This document shows positions 18,435-29,042 of a stretch of 64,000 nt of DNA, piece after piece. The stretch spans positions 32,001 through 96,000 of the forward strand of contig CBDEUM010000029.1 in assembly GCA_965242925.1 (NCBI GenBank), given 5' to 3'. The position numbers and the translations under genes were made by a program. This stretch comes from Roseibacillus sp. Lineage in GTDB: Bacteria > Verrucomicrobiota > Verrucomicrobiia > Verrucomicrobiales > Akkermansiaceae. Below the pieces are notes generated by a model. The model did not search any database. It had not been told where the DNA came from and worked only from the letters and a program-made list of their open reading frames with translations. How positions within the stretch are numbered: position 1 is the stretch's first letter; the number at the start of each line of letters is the position of its first letter.

Positions 18435-19703
18435 CTATTCGATTTTATCGGCGCCGAAGTAGGGAACCAGCGGTTCCGGGATCGTAATTGAGCCGTCGGC
18501 CTCCTGGTACTGCTCAAGAAGGGCTACATAGAGTCGTGGGAGAGCGGTTCCGGATCCGTTCAGGGTGTGGCAGAGCCGGTTCTGTCCCTCCTGGTCCTTG
18601 AAGCGAAGTTTCATGCGGCGGGCCTGATAGTCTGTGAAATTGGAGCAGCTGGAGACCTCGAGATACTTTCCGTGCCCCGGTGCCCACACCTCGATGTCAT
18701 AGGTCCGGGCCGCGCCGAACCCGATGTCGCCGCCACAGAGTTCGATCACCCGGTAATGAAGGTTCAGCGATTGCAGGATTTTCTCGGCATGCCCGGTGAG
18801 CTCCTCAAGGGCCTTGAAGGATTCGTCGGGGCGGACAATCTGCACCAATTCCACCTTGTCGAACTGGTGGACCCGGATAATTCCGCGGGTGTCGCGTCCC
18901 GCACTGCCCGCTTCCCGTCGCCAACAGGGGGTGTGGCTGGCCATTTTTATGGGGAGATCACTCTCCTGCAGGAGAGTCTCGCGGTAGAGGTTAGTGACCG
19001 GAACTTCGGCGGTCGGAATGAGGAACAGTTCGTCGTTCTCGGTGGGGTAGATCTCCTCCGCAAATTTCGGTAGCTGGCCGGTGCCGGTTCCGCACTCGCG
19101 CTTGACGACGTAGGGTACGCCCACTTCCTCGTAGCCGTGTTCACGGGTCTGGATGTCCAGCAGGTACTGCACCAGGGCCCGTTGCAGGCGGGCTCCGGTT
19201 CCCCGGTAAACCGGAAAGCCACTCCCCGCGATCCGTACACCATCCTCGAAAGAAATCAGTCCGTGATGTTCTGCCAGGGCGACGTGATCCCTGGGATCGG
19301 CGATCGCAGGCTTTTCGCCCCAGGTGCGCAACTCGGGATTGTCTTCCTCGCTCGTGCCTTGCGGGATTCCCTCGTGGGGCAGGTTGGGGATGTTGAGAAG
19401 CAACTCCGTCTGACGTGCCTCGGCTGCCGAACGTTCTTCATCCAGCCCCTTGATCTGCTCGGCGATTTTCTTCACCTGCGCCTCGATGGTGGAGCTATCC
19501 TCACCCTTCGAGCGCAAGGTGCCGATCTCCTTGGAGGTCTTTTTGCGCTCGGCCTGCAGTTGCTGTTTCCCGGTTTCGGCCTTGCGGCGTTTTTCGTCGC
19601 AGCTCAGAACCTCGTCGATCAAATCCGCCGAATCGTCGTGGCGGGAGGACAGGCGCTGCCTGATGGCATCTGGATCTTCGCGGATGGCGCGGATGTCGAT
19701 CAT
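18435..19703 (-). CDS. serS: Serine--tRNA ligase
   Basis: IPNLPH, LIPTAEVP, RREAGSAGRDTRGIIRVHQF, EVSSCSN and HTLNGSG motifs. Confidence 0.98.
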   Translation of the reverse strand: MIDIRAIREDPDAIRQRLSSRHDDSADLIDEVLSCDEKRRKAETGKQQLQAERKKTSKEIGTLRSKGEDSSTIEAQVKKIAEQIKGLDEERSAAEARQTELLLNIPNLPHEGIPQGTSEEDNPELRTWGEKPAIADPRDHVALAEHHGLISFEDGVRIAGSGFPVYRGTGARLQRALVQYLLDIQTREHGYEEVGVPYVVKRECGTGTGQLPKFAEEIYPTENDELFLIPTAEVPVTNLYRETLLQESDLPIKMASHTPCWRREAGSAGRDTRGIIRVHQFDKVELVQIVRPDESFKALEELTGHAEKILQSLNLHYRVIELCGGDIGFGAARTYDIEVWAPGHGKYLEVSSCSNFTDYQARRMKLRFKDQEGQNRLCHTLNGSGTALPRLYVALLEQYQEADGSITIPEPLVPYFGADKIE

Positions 19704-19778
19704 GGGAATGCGGGCGGGATAAGAACAGTGAAGTTGCGTGAGTTCACGCGAAAACTTTGAAAAGACTAAACGGCGATC

Positions 19779-21521
19779 TTACGCTGGGTCCTCCTTCTGC
19801 TCGGCGAGGAAGGCCTGCCGCGAGAGTTCAGCGTAAAGTCCATCAGCTTCCATTAACTGGTCGTGGGTGCCCTGTTCCACAAGGGCTCCGTCGTCCAGCA
19901 CGTAGATGCGGTCCGCGTTTCGGATCGTTGACAGACGGTGTGCGATGACGAAGGCGCTGCGGTTGGCCATGAGGGCCTCCAGGGCTTCCTGGATGAGGCG
20001 TTCAGTTTCCGAATCAACCGAGGCGGTTGCCTCATCCAGCAGGAGGATGGGGGGATCCTTGAGCAGCGCGCGTGCGATCGAGAGCCGTTGTTTCTCCCCG
20101 CCGGACAATTTCACCCCTCGTTCGCCGACGTTGGTATCCAGCCCTTCCGGGAGGACCCTCACGAATCCTTCGGCCCGGGCGGATCGCAGGGCGGCCCAGA
20201 GATCGTCTTCATCGGCATCCCGTTTTGCCAGACAGAGGTTCTCGCGGACCGTGCCGTTAAAGAGAAAGGCCTCCTGGGTCACATAGCCGAGGGCCGAGCG
20301 CAACGAGGATTTGCGTGTTTTGCTCAGTTCCTGACCGTCGATGGTGATGGATCCATTTCCGTACTCGTAGAAGCGACAGAGTAAATTCACCACCGTCGAC
20401 TTGCCCGCGCCGGTGGGCCCGACCAGGGCGATGGTTTCACCCGGCCTGGCTTCGAGGGTGACCTCGTGCAGAGTCGGTTGTTTTCCGTAGGAGAAGGACA
20501 CCTTGCGGAAGCGCACGTGTCCGCGCACCGGGTCGGGGAGCGGTTCACCGTTCTCGGAGTGGGGTTCATCCTCCGCATCGAGGATCTCGAAGACGCGGTC
20601 GGCGGCGGCCCGGGAGGAAAGCGCCATCTGGTTGAGTTGATGCAACTTGCCCACCGGTTCGTAGAAGAGGGAGAGCAGGAGGAAGAAGAGGACCAGCTCG
20701 CCGAGTTCCATCCGGCCGTTCATCACCGCCAGACCCCCGAAGCCGAGAACGAGGACGTAGCCCACCATTCCGACAAAGGACATTCCCGGCGAGTAGAAGG
20801 CCCACCATCGCATGATACGCAGACTGGCCTGCCGCAGCTTGTCGGAGAATAAGTTGAAGCGTTCGTGCTCCTTCTCTTCCGCGGTGTAGGACTTGATCTG
20901 GCGAATGCCCGAGACATTGTCGTGCAGAAGGGCATTCATGTCGCTTGAGGCCTCGCGTTGCTCCCGGTAGCGATCCCGCGCGTCCTTGGTGTAAATCCAT
21001 GCCCCGAGCATCAGGAAGGGGACCGGCAGGGTGGCCCACAGGGCCACGGTGACATCGGTGTAGTACATCACGCACCCCACCGCCAGGAGCTGGATGAAGG
21101 CCACCAGGCCCAGTTCGATTCCATCGATGAGGACCCGTTCCATGGCCGCCACGTCTTCGACCACCCGCGTCATGATGTCGCCCGTGCGTCGGCCATCGAA
21201 CCAGCGAAGGGGGAGTCGCTGGAGCTTTTGGTAGAGATCTGAGCGGATGTCGAAAATGACTCGCTGCTCAAAGTGGTTATTCAGAATGATGCGCCCACAG
21301 TTCAGAACGTCCTTCAGGAAAAACCCCCCTAATCCAAGGCAAACCCAGAAGATCAGCTGCCCGTGGTGCTCGGGTCGCGGAATCACTTCGTCCACCACGT
21401 GGCCCGCCACAGAGGGGAATACAATGACACTGAGAGCCATAAGAGTGGCACAGAGCAACTGGGCGCTACCCAGTAAGGGGTAACGCCGCAGATAGCTGAG
21501 AACCCGGAGGATTGTCTTCAT
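19779..21521 (-). CDS. ABC exporter, fused permease/ATPase (MsbA/MdlB-like)
   Basis: N-terminal TM domain; GPTGAGKST, LSGGEKQR and LLLDEATASVD motifs; start M at 21521. Confidence 0.93.
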   Translation of the reverse strand: MKTILRVLSYLRRYPLLGSAQLLCATLMALSVIVFPSVAGHVVDEVIPRPEHHGQLIFWVCLGLGGFFLKDVLNCGRIILNNHFEQRVIFDIRSDLYQKLQRLPLRWFDGRRTGDIMTRVVEDVAAMERVLIDGIELGLVAFIQLLAVGCVMYYTDVTVALWATLPVPFLMLGAWIYTKDARDRYREQREASSDMNALLHDNVSGIRQIKSYTAEEKEHERFNLFSDKLRQASLRIMRWWAFYSPGMSFVGMVGYVLVLGFGGLAVMNGRMELGELVLFFLLLSLFYEPVGKLHQLNQMALSSRAAADRVFEILDAEDEPHSENGEPLPDPVRGHVRFRKVSFSYGKQPTLHEVTLEARPGETIALVGPTGAGKSTVVNLLCRFYEYGNGSITIDGQELSKTRKSSLRSALGYVTQEAFLFNGTVRENLCLAKRDADEDDLWAALRSARAEGFVRVLPEGLDTNVGERGVKLSGGEKQRLSIARALLKDPPILLLDEATASVDSETERLIQEALEALMANRSAFVIAHRLSTIRNADRIYVLDDGALVEQGTHDQLMEADGLYAELSRQAFLAEQKEDPA

Positions 21522-21709
21522 GGGCACGGCGGAAATAGCGTGGAGGCAAGCATTTTGTAAAGAAACTGAAGGTTTTTCCGGGAATTTTAGGGTTGTGACG
21601 GTGGAAAGCTGGTCGTTACTGTGCATCCACACCTGCCCGCTGTCCAAGATCGCCCATCGATCCACACGACACCTGCATCTGACCCGAGACCCAACCGCAC
21701 TAAATAATC

Positions 21710-22621
21710 ATGGCAAACATATTTGCGATTCTGACGGCAATCGTCCTCGCCCTCTCTGCCTTCGTCGCCTTCAAGAACAAGGGAATAGATGAAGAGGGGA
21801 ACGGTCATCAAGGATGGATCTTGAAGCGAGGGAACGAGCAAGCGGCGCTCAAGCGCAAGCAGGACCATCTGGCTGACGTGGAGGCAGAGCTGGCGGAGAC
21901 CGAAGGGACCCTTACGAAGTTCAATGCGGACAACGAAGTCAAAACGAAGGAGAACGCCGACCAGGAGGAGAAGAACGAAACCCTGAAGGCTGAAGTGGCT
22001 GCAATGCAGGCGTCAGCCAAGGCCAAGGCCGCGGAGGTCGCCGAGAAGGAGGACAGCATCAAGGAGTTCGGTGATGTTGATCAGGTTCTCGCCGAGTTGA
22101 CCCAACTTCAGAGCGACCTTCGCCAGATTGCTCTGGATATTACCCAGGGGGAAGCCAACCGCGCCGACCTCGAAGCACAACGCACCGGGGTGGAAGCCTC
22201 GCTGGCCGATGTGCGCGAGCGCATCAGTTGGCGCGTTTCGGGCGAGAGCAACCCGGAGGCCGAGACCCGGATTCGCAGCGTCTACGCCACGCTCGGGTTC
22301 GTGACCTTGGCCGGAGGTGATAATCTCGGGATCGTGAAGAACTCCACTCTGGAAGTCCTGCGGGACGAGGAAGTCATCGCCAAGCTCAAGGTCACCACCG
22401 TGGAATCAAAAAGTGCCGCGGCGGATATCATTCCCGACTCGGTCGTTGATGGCGAGAGCGTGCAGGTTGGCGACACCGTGCGGGCCGCCCAGAAAGCCGC
22501 CCCGGAGCCTGATCCGGCAGCAGCCCCCGCCCCCAGCCCCGATCCGCTCGATGCCGATCCACTCGGTGATCCCGAGCCCGAGCCCGAGCCCAAACCCGAT
22601 GAGGCGGATCCCTTCGGTTAA
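21710..22621 (+). CDS. Membrane-anchored coiled-coil protein with C-terminal beta domain and Pro/Asp tail
   Basis: N-terminal TM, heptad region, IRSVYATLGFVTLAGG...VQVGDTV, tail ending DPFG. Confidence 0.8.
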   Translation: MANIFAILTAIVLALSAFVAFKNKGIDEEGNGHQGWILKRGNEQAALKRKQDHLADVEAELAETEGTLTKFNADNEVKTKENADQEEKNETLKAEVAAMQASAKAKAAEVAEKEDSIKEFGDVDQVLAELTQLQSDLRQIALDITQGEANRADLEAQRTGVEASLADVRERISWRVSGESNPEAETRIRSVYATLGFVTLAGGDNLGIVKNSTLEVLRDEEVIAKLKVTTVESKSAAADIIPDSVVDGESVQVGDTVRAAQKAAPEPDPAAAPAPSPDPLDADPLGDPEPEPEPKPDEADPFG

Positions 22622-22642
22622 ACCCCTTACTTTTACCCTAAA

Positions 22643-23452
22643 ATGAAGACTATTTTTTACATTCTTTCCGTCCTCGTCATCGGGGCCGCAGCTTACTTCA
22701 GCTGGGACAACTCCAATAAGGTCCAAGCTGAGATCGATCTTTTTGAGAGCACTCGTGCAGTAAAAACGACGACTGAAGACTCCATTGATAAGCAGGAAGG
22801 GATTCTTAAGAACACCAAGCAGGAACTGGATACAGCCCAGAATCTCAACGCCGAGCTCATCGCCGAGATGGAGAACATGAGGAGCCGGGAAGTTTCCTAC
22901 AACAAGTCCAAGGAAGCTGAACAGGTCAAGATTGACGAAGCCGACGCCCGGCTGGGGCAACTGGCTGAGATCAAGGCCAAGATCGACAAGGCGCTCGAGG
23001 GGGTTGATATCGCCTGGCCCCAGATTCCATCGGAGATCAAGCGCCTCCAGGAACTGCGCAAGAAGAAGGGTGACGATCTTGATCTTCTCAATGCGCACAT
23101 CGCCAAGCTCACCAAGGATGTTGCCGACAAGCGTGCGTCCAATGCCCGGGAGAGCGATCGTCTGTCCAAGATCCGGACCAAGATCGCCCGCAACGCCAAG
23201 GTTGGCGCCATCACCTCGGTCAATTCGACCTGGGGCTTCGTGATCGTCAACCTCGGGACCAACAACTCGAATGTGACGGCTCAGTCCAAGTTGCTGGTCA
23301 CTCGCAACGGCCGGCTGCTGGGACGACTTACGCCGAACTCGGTGGAAGCCAGCCAGACCGTCTGTGACCTGAATGCCCGCGACGTCAATCCCGGTGTGCG
23401 CATCCAGCCCGGCGACCAGGTGACTCTCGCGGATTCCTCCGCTGGACCGTAA
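22643..23452 (+). CDS. Membrane-anchored coiled-coil protein, probable paralog of the upstream gene
   Basis: N-terminal TM, heptad region, ITSVNSTWGFVIVNLG...IQPGDQV. Confidence 0.8.
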   Translation: MKTIFYILSVLVIGAAAYFSWDNSNKVQAEIDLFESTRAVKTTTEDSIDKQEGILKNTKQELDTAQNLNAELIAEMENMRSREVSYNKSKEAEQVKIDEADARLGQLAEIKAKIDKALEGVDIAWPQIPSEIKRLQELRKKKGDDLDLLNAHIAKLTKDVADKRASNARESDRLSKIRTKIARNAKVGAITSVNSTWGFVIVNLGTNNSNVTAQSKLLVTRNGRLLGRLTPNSVEASQTVCDLNARDVNPGVRIQPGDQVTLADSSAGP

Positions 23453-23483
23453 CCCGCCAGGAGCGCCCAACTCAGTGCCTTTC

Positions 23484-23516
23484 AGACCGGTGGAGTGTGA
23501 TTCCACCGGTCTTTTT
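23484..23516 (+). terminator. Intrinsic terminator
   Basis: AGACCGGTGGA-gtgtgat-TCCACCGGTCT followed by TTTT. Confidence 0.85.
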
Positions 23517-23650
23517 CGTGATCGGGACCGAGCAGGGATGGAGTCGGCAAACGTGCCGTCATAAATCCGCGATTGTCGACCACTGGCGGCCGGTGACTGC
23601 CAACTGATTCCCACGCTTGCCAGCAGGTGGCGATCTGCTACTTTTTCCGC

Positions 23651-23830
23651 ATGAGAAAGAGCCTCCTCCTCCTGCTCCTGCTTCCCGCGGGCTGCCTTCT
23701 CTGCAGTTGCGCCGTCGATGATGGGCCCAGACCCGCGGGCCCCCCGGGGAGCGATGTGAGCGCCATGCCGTGGAACACGCCCCAACCCGGCGAGGGGCAG
23801 GGTATGCTTGGGCATATGCTCAATCGCTAG
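23651..23830 (+). CDS. Small lipoprotein (59 aa)
   Basis: MRKSLLLLLLL...LCS-C lipobox, then SAMPWNTPQPGEGQG. Confidence 0.7.
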   Translation: MRKSLLLLLLLPAGCLLCSCAVDDGPRPAGPPGSDVSAMPWNTPQPGEGQGMLGHMLNR

Positions 23831-23958
23831 CACCGCTTTCCCTGGGCGATAATCTCGGGGGCGGGCAGATACCGGCGGTTTGCGGGAGGGTCAACGCTTC
23901 CGCCATGGGCGTGGGGGGCATTTCCCCATGAGCTCCCCCGGCAGGCCCATAGGGCCGA

Positions 23959-24393
23959 TCATGCCCGGTGATAGGGTTCCCCACGCTTGATGGTGAACAC
24001 GCGGTAGAGCTGTTCCAGCAGGACCACGAGAGCGAGTTCATGCTGCATCGTCATCCTCGAAAGCGACCAGATCTCGTCGCAGCGCTCACGCAGTTCCGGT
24101 GGATGACCGTCTGCTCCCCCGATCAGAAAAGTGATCTTCTTGAGTTCTGTCCGGTTTTCCAGCTGCGTGATCCTTTCACTGAAGGACACAGTGTCCAGCT
24201 GGCGTCCCCGTTCGTCCAGGGCGATGCGATAGCTCCCTTCACTTCCTGCCAGCAGGGCTGAGGATTCGTCGCGGCCCTTGAGGTATTCAAGAGTGACCGG
24301 TGCATAGTGTCGAAGCCGCCTGCAGTATTCCTGCACCCCCTCCGCGGCATAGGACAGCTTTGGTTTTCCGATGGCAAGCACGAGGATCTTCAC
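23959..24393 (-). CDS. rlmH: 23S rRNA m3-pseudouridine-1915 methyltransferase
   Basis: ALDERG, FLIGGADG, SLSRMTMQH, EQLYR and PYH motifs. Confidence 0.95.
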   Translation of the reverse strand: MKILVLAIGKPKLSYAAEGVQEYCRRLRHYAPVTLEYLKGRDESSALLAGSEGSYRIALDERGRQLDTVSFSERITQLENRTELKKITFLIGGADGHPPELRERCDEIWSLSRMTMQHELALVVLLEQLYRVFTIKRGEPYHRA

Positions 24394-24491
24394 GGGAACA
24401 GTCTAACGGGAGGATACGGGTGCCGGCTCGTTGTTTCCCTGGAAAAGGTGGAAGCCACGCGCTACTGGGCATCCATCTGCCCCGCGGGGGG

Positions 24492-26066
24492 TTACTGGAT
24501 CTCGTCGAGAAGTCGCGGGAGAAGGTCGCTGATGGCGATCCGTTCCTGCTTCATGGAGTCACGATGACGGAGAGTGACCGTGTCCTTCAGTTCGGGATTC
24601 TCCTCGCCCAGGGTTTCAAAGTCCACGGTAATGCAGAAGGGAGTTCCCACTTCGTCCTGTCGGCGGTAGCGCCTGCCCACCGCACCGGTTTGATCGTAGA
24701 AGACATTCATGAAGCGCTCGAGGCTGCGCTGGATCTCCCTGCCGATTCGCACCTGTTCCTCGTTCTTCTTGAGCAACGGGAAGATGGCCGCCTTGATGGG
24801 TGCCATCCTCGGATGGAGCCGCATCACGGTACGAACCTCGGCCTTGCCCTTGGAGTCGGTCACCTCTTCTTCCTCGAAAGCCTCACACAGCAGCGCCAGC
24901 ACGGTGCGATCGCAGCCGGCCGAGGGCTCCACCACGTGGGGGATGAACTTTTCCTTGGTGGCTTCGTCGAAGTACTCGATGGGCCTGCCGGAGTGCTCCT
25001 GGTGCTTGGAAAGGTCGTAATCCGTCCGGTAGGCCACACCCTCCAGTTCCTGGCAGCCAAAGGGGAAATCGAACTCGATGTCGTAGGTTTTCTTCGAGTA
25101 GTGCGCGCGCTCTCCATCGGGGACATCGAGCACATGCAGCTTCTCACGAGGCAGGCCGATATCGTTGTAGAAGGTCAGGCGGTTCTCCAGCCATTCGTCG
25201 GTCAGTCGCAGGCCGTCCTCCGGACGACAGAAGTATTCGATCTCCATCTGCTCAAACTCCCGGGAGCGGAATGTGAAATTGCGCGGATTGATTTCATTGC
25301 GGAAGGCCTTGCCGATCTGAGCGATACCGAAGGGCACTTTCTGGCGGGAGGTATCCAGGACGTTCTTGAACTGGGTGAAGATTGATTGTGCGGTTTCGGG
25401 GCGCAGGTATGCCACGGCGTTGGGGTCTTCCTCGCTCGAAGAGGCACCCATCTGGGTCTTGAACATGAGATTGAACTCCCGTGCCTCCGTGAGCAGTGAT
25501 CCGTTCTCGGGATTGTAACGGGTGGTGTTCTTCTCCTCGGTGGTGGATTCCCCCACCAGCCCAAGGGCCTTCGGGGAAAGTGACTTGTTGGGATGAAACT
25601 GGGCATAGAACTGTCTGGCAGTCTTGCGGGCTCTGTTTTCGTTCTCGCCCTCCCGGAGGAGAACGGCGAAATCGCGTGCCACACTCCACTCACTCTCCTT
25701 GGCACCGGTGTAGTGGTAGGCCGTTCCACTCTGTGGTTCGATCTGATCGGCACGCAGGCGTGCCTTGCTGAGGAGGCAGTCGCACATGGGGTCGGAGAAT
25801 CCTCCCACGTGGCCCGAGGCGGTGAGGACGGACTGGTGGGTCAGGATCGAGCCATCGAGGCCGACGATATCCTCCCGTTCCTGCACGTTCCGGCGCCACC
25901 AGTATTCCTTGAGATTGCGCTTCACCTCCACGCCAAGCGGGCCGTAGTCCCAGCATCCATTGAGGCCGCCGTAGAGTTCGGCAGATTGATAGATGAAGCC
26001 CCGTCGCTTGCAGAGCGACACGATCTTCTCCATGCGCTCCGGATCAGTGTATTCTTTGTCAGCCAT
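24492..26066 (-). CDS. glyQS: Glycine--tRNA ligase (homodimeric type)
   Basis: KRRGF, DYGPLG, ASGHV, FNLMF, LRPETAQ, GKAFRNEI and GRRYRRQDEVGTP motifs. Confidence 0.97.
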   Translation of the reverse strand: MADKEYTDPERMEKIVSLCKRRGFIYQSAELYGGLNGCWDYGPLGVEVKRNLKEYWWRRNVQEREDIVGLDGSILTHQSVLTASGHVGGFSDPMCDCLLSKARLRADQIEPQSGTAYHYTGAKESEWSVARDFAVLLREGENENRARKTARQFYAQFHPNKSLSPKALGLVGESTTEEKNTTRYNPENGSLLTEAREFNLMFKTQMGASSSEEDPNAVAYLRPETAQSIFTQFKNVLDTSRQKVPFGIAQIGKAFRNEINPRNFTFRSREFEQMEIEYFCRPEDGLRLTDEWLENRLTFYNDIGLPREKLHVLDVPDGERAHYSKKTYDIEFDFPFGCQELEGVAYRTDYDLSKHQEHSGRPIEYFDEATKEKFIPHVVEPSAGCDRTVLALLCEAFEEEEVTDSKGKAEVRTVMRLHPRMAPIKAAIFPLLKKNEEQVRIGREIQRSLERFMNVFYDQTGAVGRRYRRQDEVGTPFCITVDFETLGEENPELKDTVTLRHRDSMKQERIAISDLLPRLLDEIQ

Positions 26067-26276
26067 GGTCTCGCTGGATGTGGTGGGCCGCGATGGAAAC
26101 GTCCAGCAGGCGGTTTGGCAAGGAATTGGGGAGCCCGGCAGGAGATGGGGGGCGGAATGAAGGGGAACCACGAGAACTCAGCTCCCGGCTCTGGGGAGCC
26201 GGCGATGGTTGGGCCATGAGTGGTGATCAGTGAATTTCGCCTCCATATTCGGCGGTTCGTATTCTAACCTGCCTCC

Positions 26277-27653
26277 ATGCGCATGCGTGAGCAGGGGGAG
26301 CAGTACCGGCGGGGAGACGACGGGGCGATGTCGGTGAGCAGGCTGGTACGTCGCATGAAGAACGTCCTGGAGATCGAGATTGGGGATGTGTGGGTGGAAG
26401 GAGAGGTGTCCAACCTGCGCAAACAGGGAAACGGACATTACTATTTTTCGCTGAAGGACGAGCAGGCGCAGTTGGGCTGTGCGGCGTTCAGTGCCGAGCG
26501 GAGGTGTTCCGGGCATGAAGCGCTGCAGGATGGGGCGAAGGTGCGGATGCTCGGGGAAGTGACGGTTTACGAGGCCCGCGGACAGGCCCAGTTGATTGTG
26601 AAGCGGGTGGTGCCGATGGGGTTGGGCGAGCTCCAGGCCCGGTTCGAACAGTTGAAGAATAAGCTTCACGATGAGGGTCTCTTTGCCGGGGAACTGAAGA
26701 TCCCCCTGCCCGCCTTTCCACGCGTGATCGGGCTGGTGACTTCGGCCAGCGGGGCCGCGCTGCAGGATATCGTGAGTGTGCTCTCCCGGCGCGCGCCCTG
26801 GGTGCAGGCGGTTCTTTTCCCGGTGGCGGTGCAGGGACAGGGGGCAGAACGCGGAATCGTGCGGGCTATTGGCATGATGGGAGACCCGGAACACCATGAT
26901 CTCCCGCGGTGCGATGTGATCATCATGGGTCGCGGGGGAGGCTCGCTGGAAGATCTCTGGAACTTCAACGAAGAGAGTGTGGCGCGGGCGATCGCGAACT
27001 GTTCCATTCCGATTGTTTCCGCGGTGGGACACGAGATTGATTTCACGATTGCGGACTTCGTCGCGGATGTGCGGGCCCCGACACCAAGTGCCGCCGCTGA
27101 GTTGGTTGTTCCGGATGGGGAAGAACTGAGGGCAAGGCTGCAGCGCCTGCACGATGGTCTGCGGAGGCCGGTGCGGGAAAAACTCCGCTCCGCCCAGGAT
27201 CTCATCCGCTTCGCACGGCGCGGAGTGCTGGCGCACGATGTGGAACGGGTCCTGCGGGAGCCGACGCTGCGTCTGGACGAAGTCCATGCTGCCATGAAGC
27301 GAACGGCGAAAGAGCAGCTCAACCGCGGGGGCTTGAGGCTGGCGGACCGGCAGGCCGCATGGAAGGCGCGGCACCCGCGCCTGGTGGTGGAGCAGCGTCT
27401 GGAGAGCCTGCGTCAATTCAGGGCGCGCTATGTCCAGAAAGCCCGGCACTGCCTGCAGGTCGTGTCGCAGCGGCTGGAGCGGGCAAGACGTCTTCTGAAG
27501 ACCCTGGGACCGGAATCGGCCTTTGAGCGGGGATTTTCCATTACGCTGACTGCGAGCGGAGACCTCGTGACGGATCCGGCACAGGTCGGGGCCGGAGATC
27601 GTCTCGCGACCCGGGTGGCTGGGGGCACGATTGAAAGCGAGGTGAGGGAGTGA
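26277..27653 (+). CDS. xseA: Exodeoxyribonuclease VII large subunit
   Basis: VEGEVSN, GHYYFSLKD, GAALQD, RGGGSLEDLWNFN, SAVGHEID and RAPTPSAAAE motifs. Confidence 0.96.
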   Translation: MRMREQGEQYRRGDDGAMSVSRLVRRMKNVLEIEIGDVWVEGEVSNLRKQGNGHYYFSLKDEQAQLGCAAFSAERRCSGHEALQDGAKVRMLGEVTVYEARGQAQLIVKRVVPMGLGELQARFEQLKNKLHDEGLFAGELKIPLPAFPRVIGLVTSASGAALQDIVSVLSRRAPWVQAVLFPVAVQGQGAERGIVRAIGMMGDPEHHDLPRCDVIIMGRGGGSLEDLWNFNEESVARAIANCSIPIVSAVGHEIDFTIADFVADVRAPTPSAAAELVVPDGEELRARLQRLHDGLRRPVREKLRSAQDLIRFARRGVLAHDVERVLREPTLRLDEVHAAMKRTAKEQLNRGGLRLADRQAAWKARHPRLVVEQRLESLRQFRARYVQKARHCLQVVSQRLERARRLLKTLGPESAFERGFSITLTASGDLVTDPAQVGAGDRLATRVAGGTIESEVRE

Positions 27654-27764
27654 GGGTCGGGAGGCAGATGGCCCCGGACGCCGTTGATCATGTGATCGAC
27701 AGGTCGGCCTCCTGCAGCCTTGACCGCGAGAAGGGGGATGCGTAGGTTCCGCGCCGCCCGCCTC

Positions 27765-28946
27765 ATGAATATCCACGAGTACCAGGCTAAGATTCTCTTT
27801 GATCAGTTTTCGGTTCCAAGCCCCCGGGGAATGGTGGCCGGCACGTCGGAGGAGGCTGCTGCCGCTGCGGCGGAGCTGGGAGGAGACCGGGTGGTGGTGA
27901 AGGCCCAGATCCACGCGGGAGGTCGGGGCAAGGGGACGTTCAAGAACGGCTTTCAGGGGGGGGTGCATCTCGTCTCTCCGGGAGAAGTGGCCGGGATCGC
28001 GGGCAGGATGATCGGCGAGGTTCTGGTGACCAAGCAGACCGGGGAGGAGGGCAAACTCGTTCGCAAGGTGATGGTGGGAGAGGCTGTTGATGTCAGGCAC
28101 GAGTACTATCTGGCAATCCTGATGGATCGGGCCGCCTGCTGCCCGGTTATTGTCGCCTCCACCGAGGGAGGAATGGATATCGAAGAGGTGGCGGAGAAGA
28201 ATCCGGGAAAGATTCTGCGGGAGCACGTGCATCCCCTGATGGGGCTTCAGCCGTATGAAGTTCGCAAGGTCACCGTTGGTCTCGGATTCAAGGGTGATGA
28301 GGCCAGGCAGTTCGGTAAGCTCCTCGGCAATCTATATCGCCTTTTTCTTGAGTGCGACTGCTCGATGGTGGAAATCAATCCCCTGGTCGGGACCACCGAT
28401 GGGCGCATCCTGGCCCTGGATGCCAAGTTCAACTTCGACGACAACGCGCTTTATCGCCATCCGGAGATCGTGGAGTTCCGGGATGTGGAGGAGGAGGATC
28501 CGCTGGAAGTGGAGGCTTCCAGGCACTCCCTGAACTACATCGGCCTGGACGGCAACATCGCTTGCCTGGTGAACGGTGCGGGATTGGCCATGGCGACCAT
28601 GGATATCATCAAGCACCATGGTGGCGAGCCTGCCAACTTCCTCGATGTGGGTGGAGGGGCTTCGCAGGAGCAGGTGGCGGCGGCCTTCAAGATCATCCTT
28701 TCCGACAAAGCGGTGAAGGGCATTCTGGTCAATATCTTTGGAGGGATCATGGATTGCGATGTCATCGCTAATGGGGTGGTGGCGGCCTGCAAGGAGGTAG
28801 GGCTGCCCATTCCTCTGGTGGTCCGGCTCGAGGGCAACAACGTGGCAGCGGGAAAAGCCACTCTGACGGCCAGCGGACTCAATATTATCGCGGCTGACGA
28901 CCTGGCGGATGCGGCTGAGAAGGCGGTGGCTGCCATCACTGACTGA
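27765..28946 (+). CDS. sucC: Succinyl-CoA synthetase beta subunit
   Basis: [42 protein letters not shown] and NIFGGI motifs. Confidence 0.98.
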   Translation: MNIHEYQAKILFDQFSVPSPRGMVAGTSEEAAAAAAELGGDRVVVKAQIHAGGRGKGTFKNGFQGGVHLVSPGEVAGIAGRMIGEVLVTKQTGEEGKLVRKVMVGEAVDVRHEYYLAILMDRAACCPVIVASTEGGMDIEEVAEKNPGKILREHVHPLMGLQPYEVRKVTVGLGFKGDEARQFGKLLGNLYRLFLECDCSMVEINPLVGTTDGRILALDAKFNFDDNALYRHPEIVEFRDVEEEDPLEVEASRHSLNYIGLDGNIACLVNGAGLAMATMDIIKHHGGEPANFLDVGGGASQEQVAAAFKIILSDKAVKGILVNIFGGIMDCDVIANGVVAACKEVGLPIPLVVRLEGNNVAAGKATLTASGLNIIAADDLADAAEKAVAAITD

Positions 28947-29042
28947 TTGGCAGTAACGGAACGGGATCGCGCTTCATGAAAGGACTCCACATAATCAGAC
29001 CTGCAGGGAACCGTTCTGCAGAGACTTAACCGATCTACCCGA

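Noticed and set aside
22571..22600. (CCCGAG)3 as a phase-variable repeat
   Set aside because: In-frame hexamer encoding a PEPEPE linker; copy changes would not shift the frame.
22406..23833. 475-aa minus-strand ORF
   Set aside because: Antisense to the coiled-coil genes and the small lipoprotein, and crosses a plus-strand terminator.
26178..28232. 684-aa minus-strand ORF
   Set aside because: Antisense to xseA and sucC; Pro/Arg/His-rich with no domain features.
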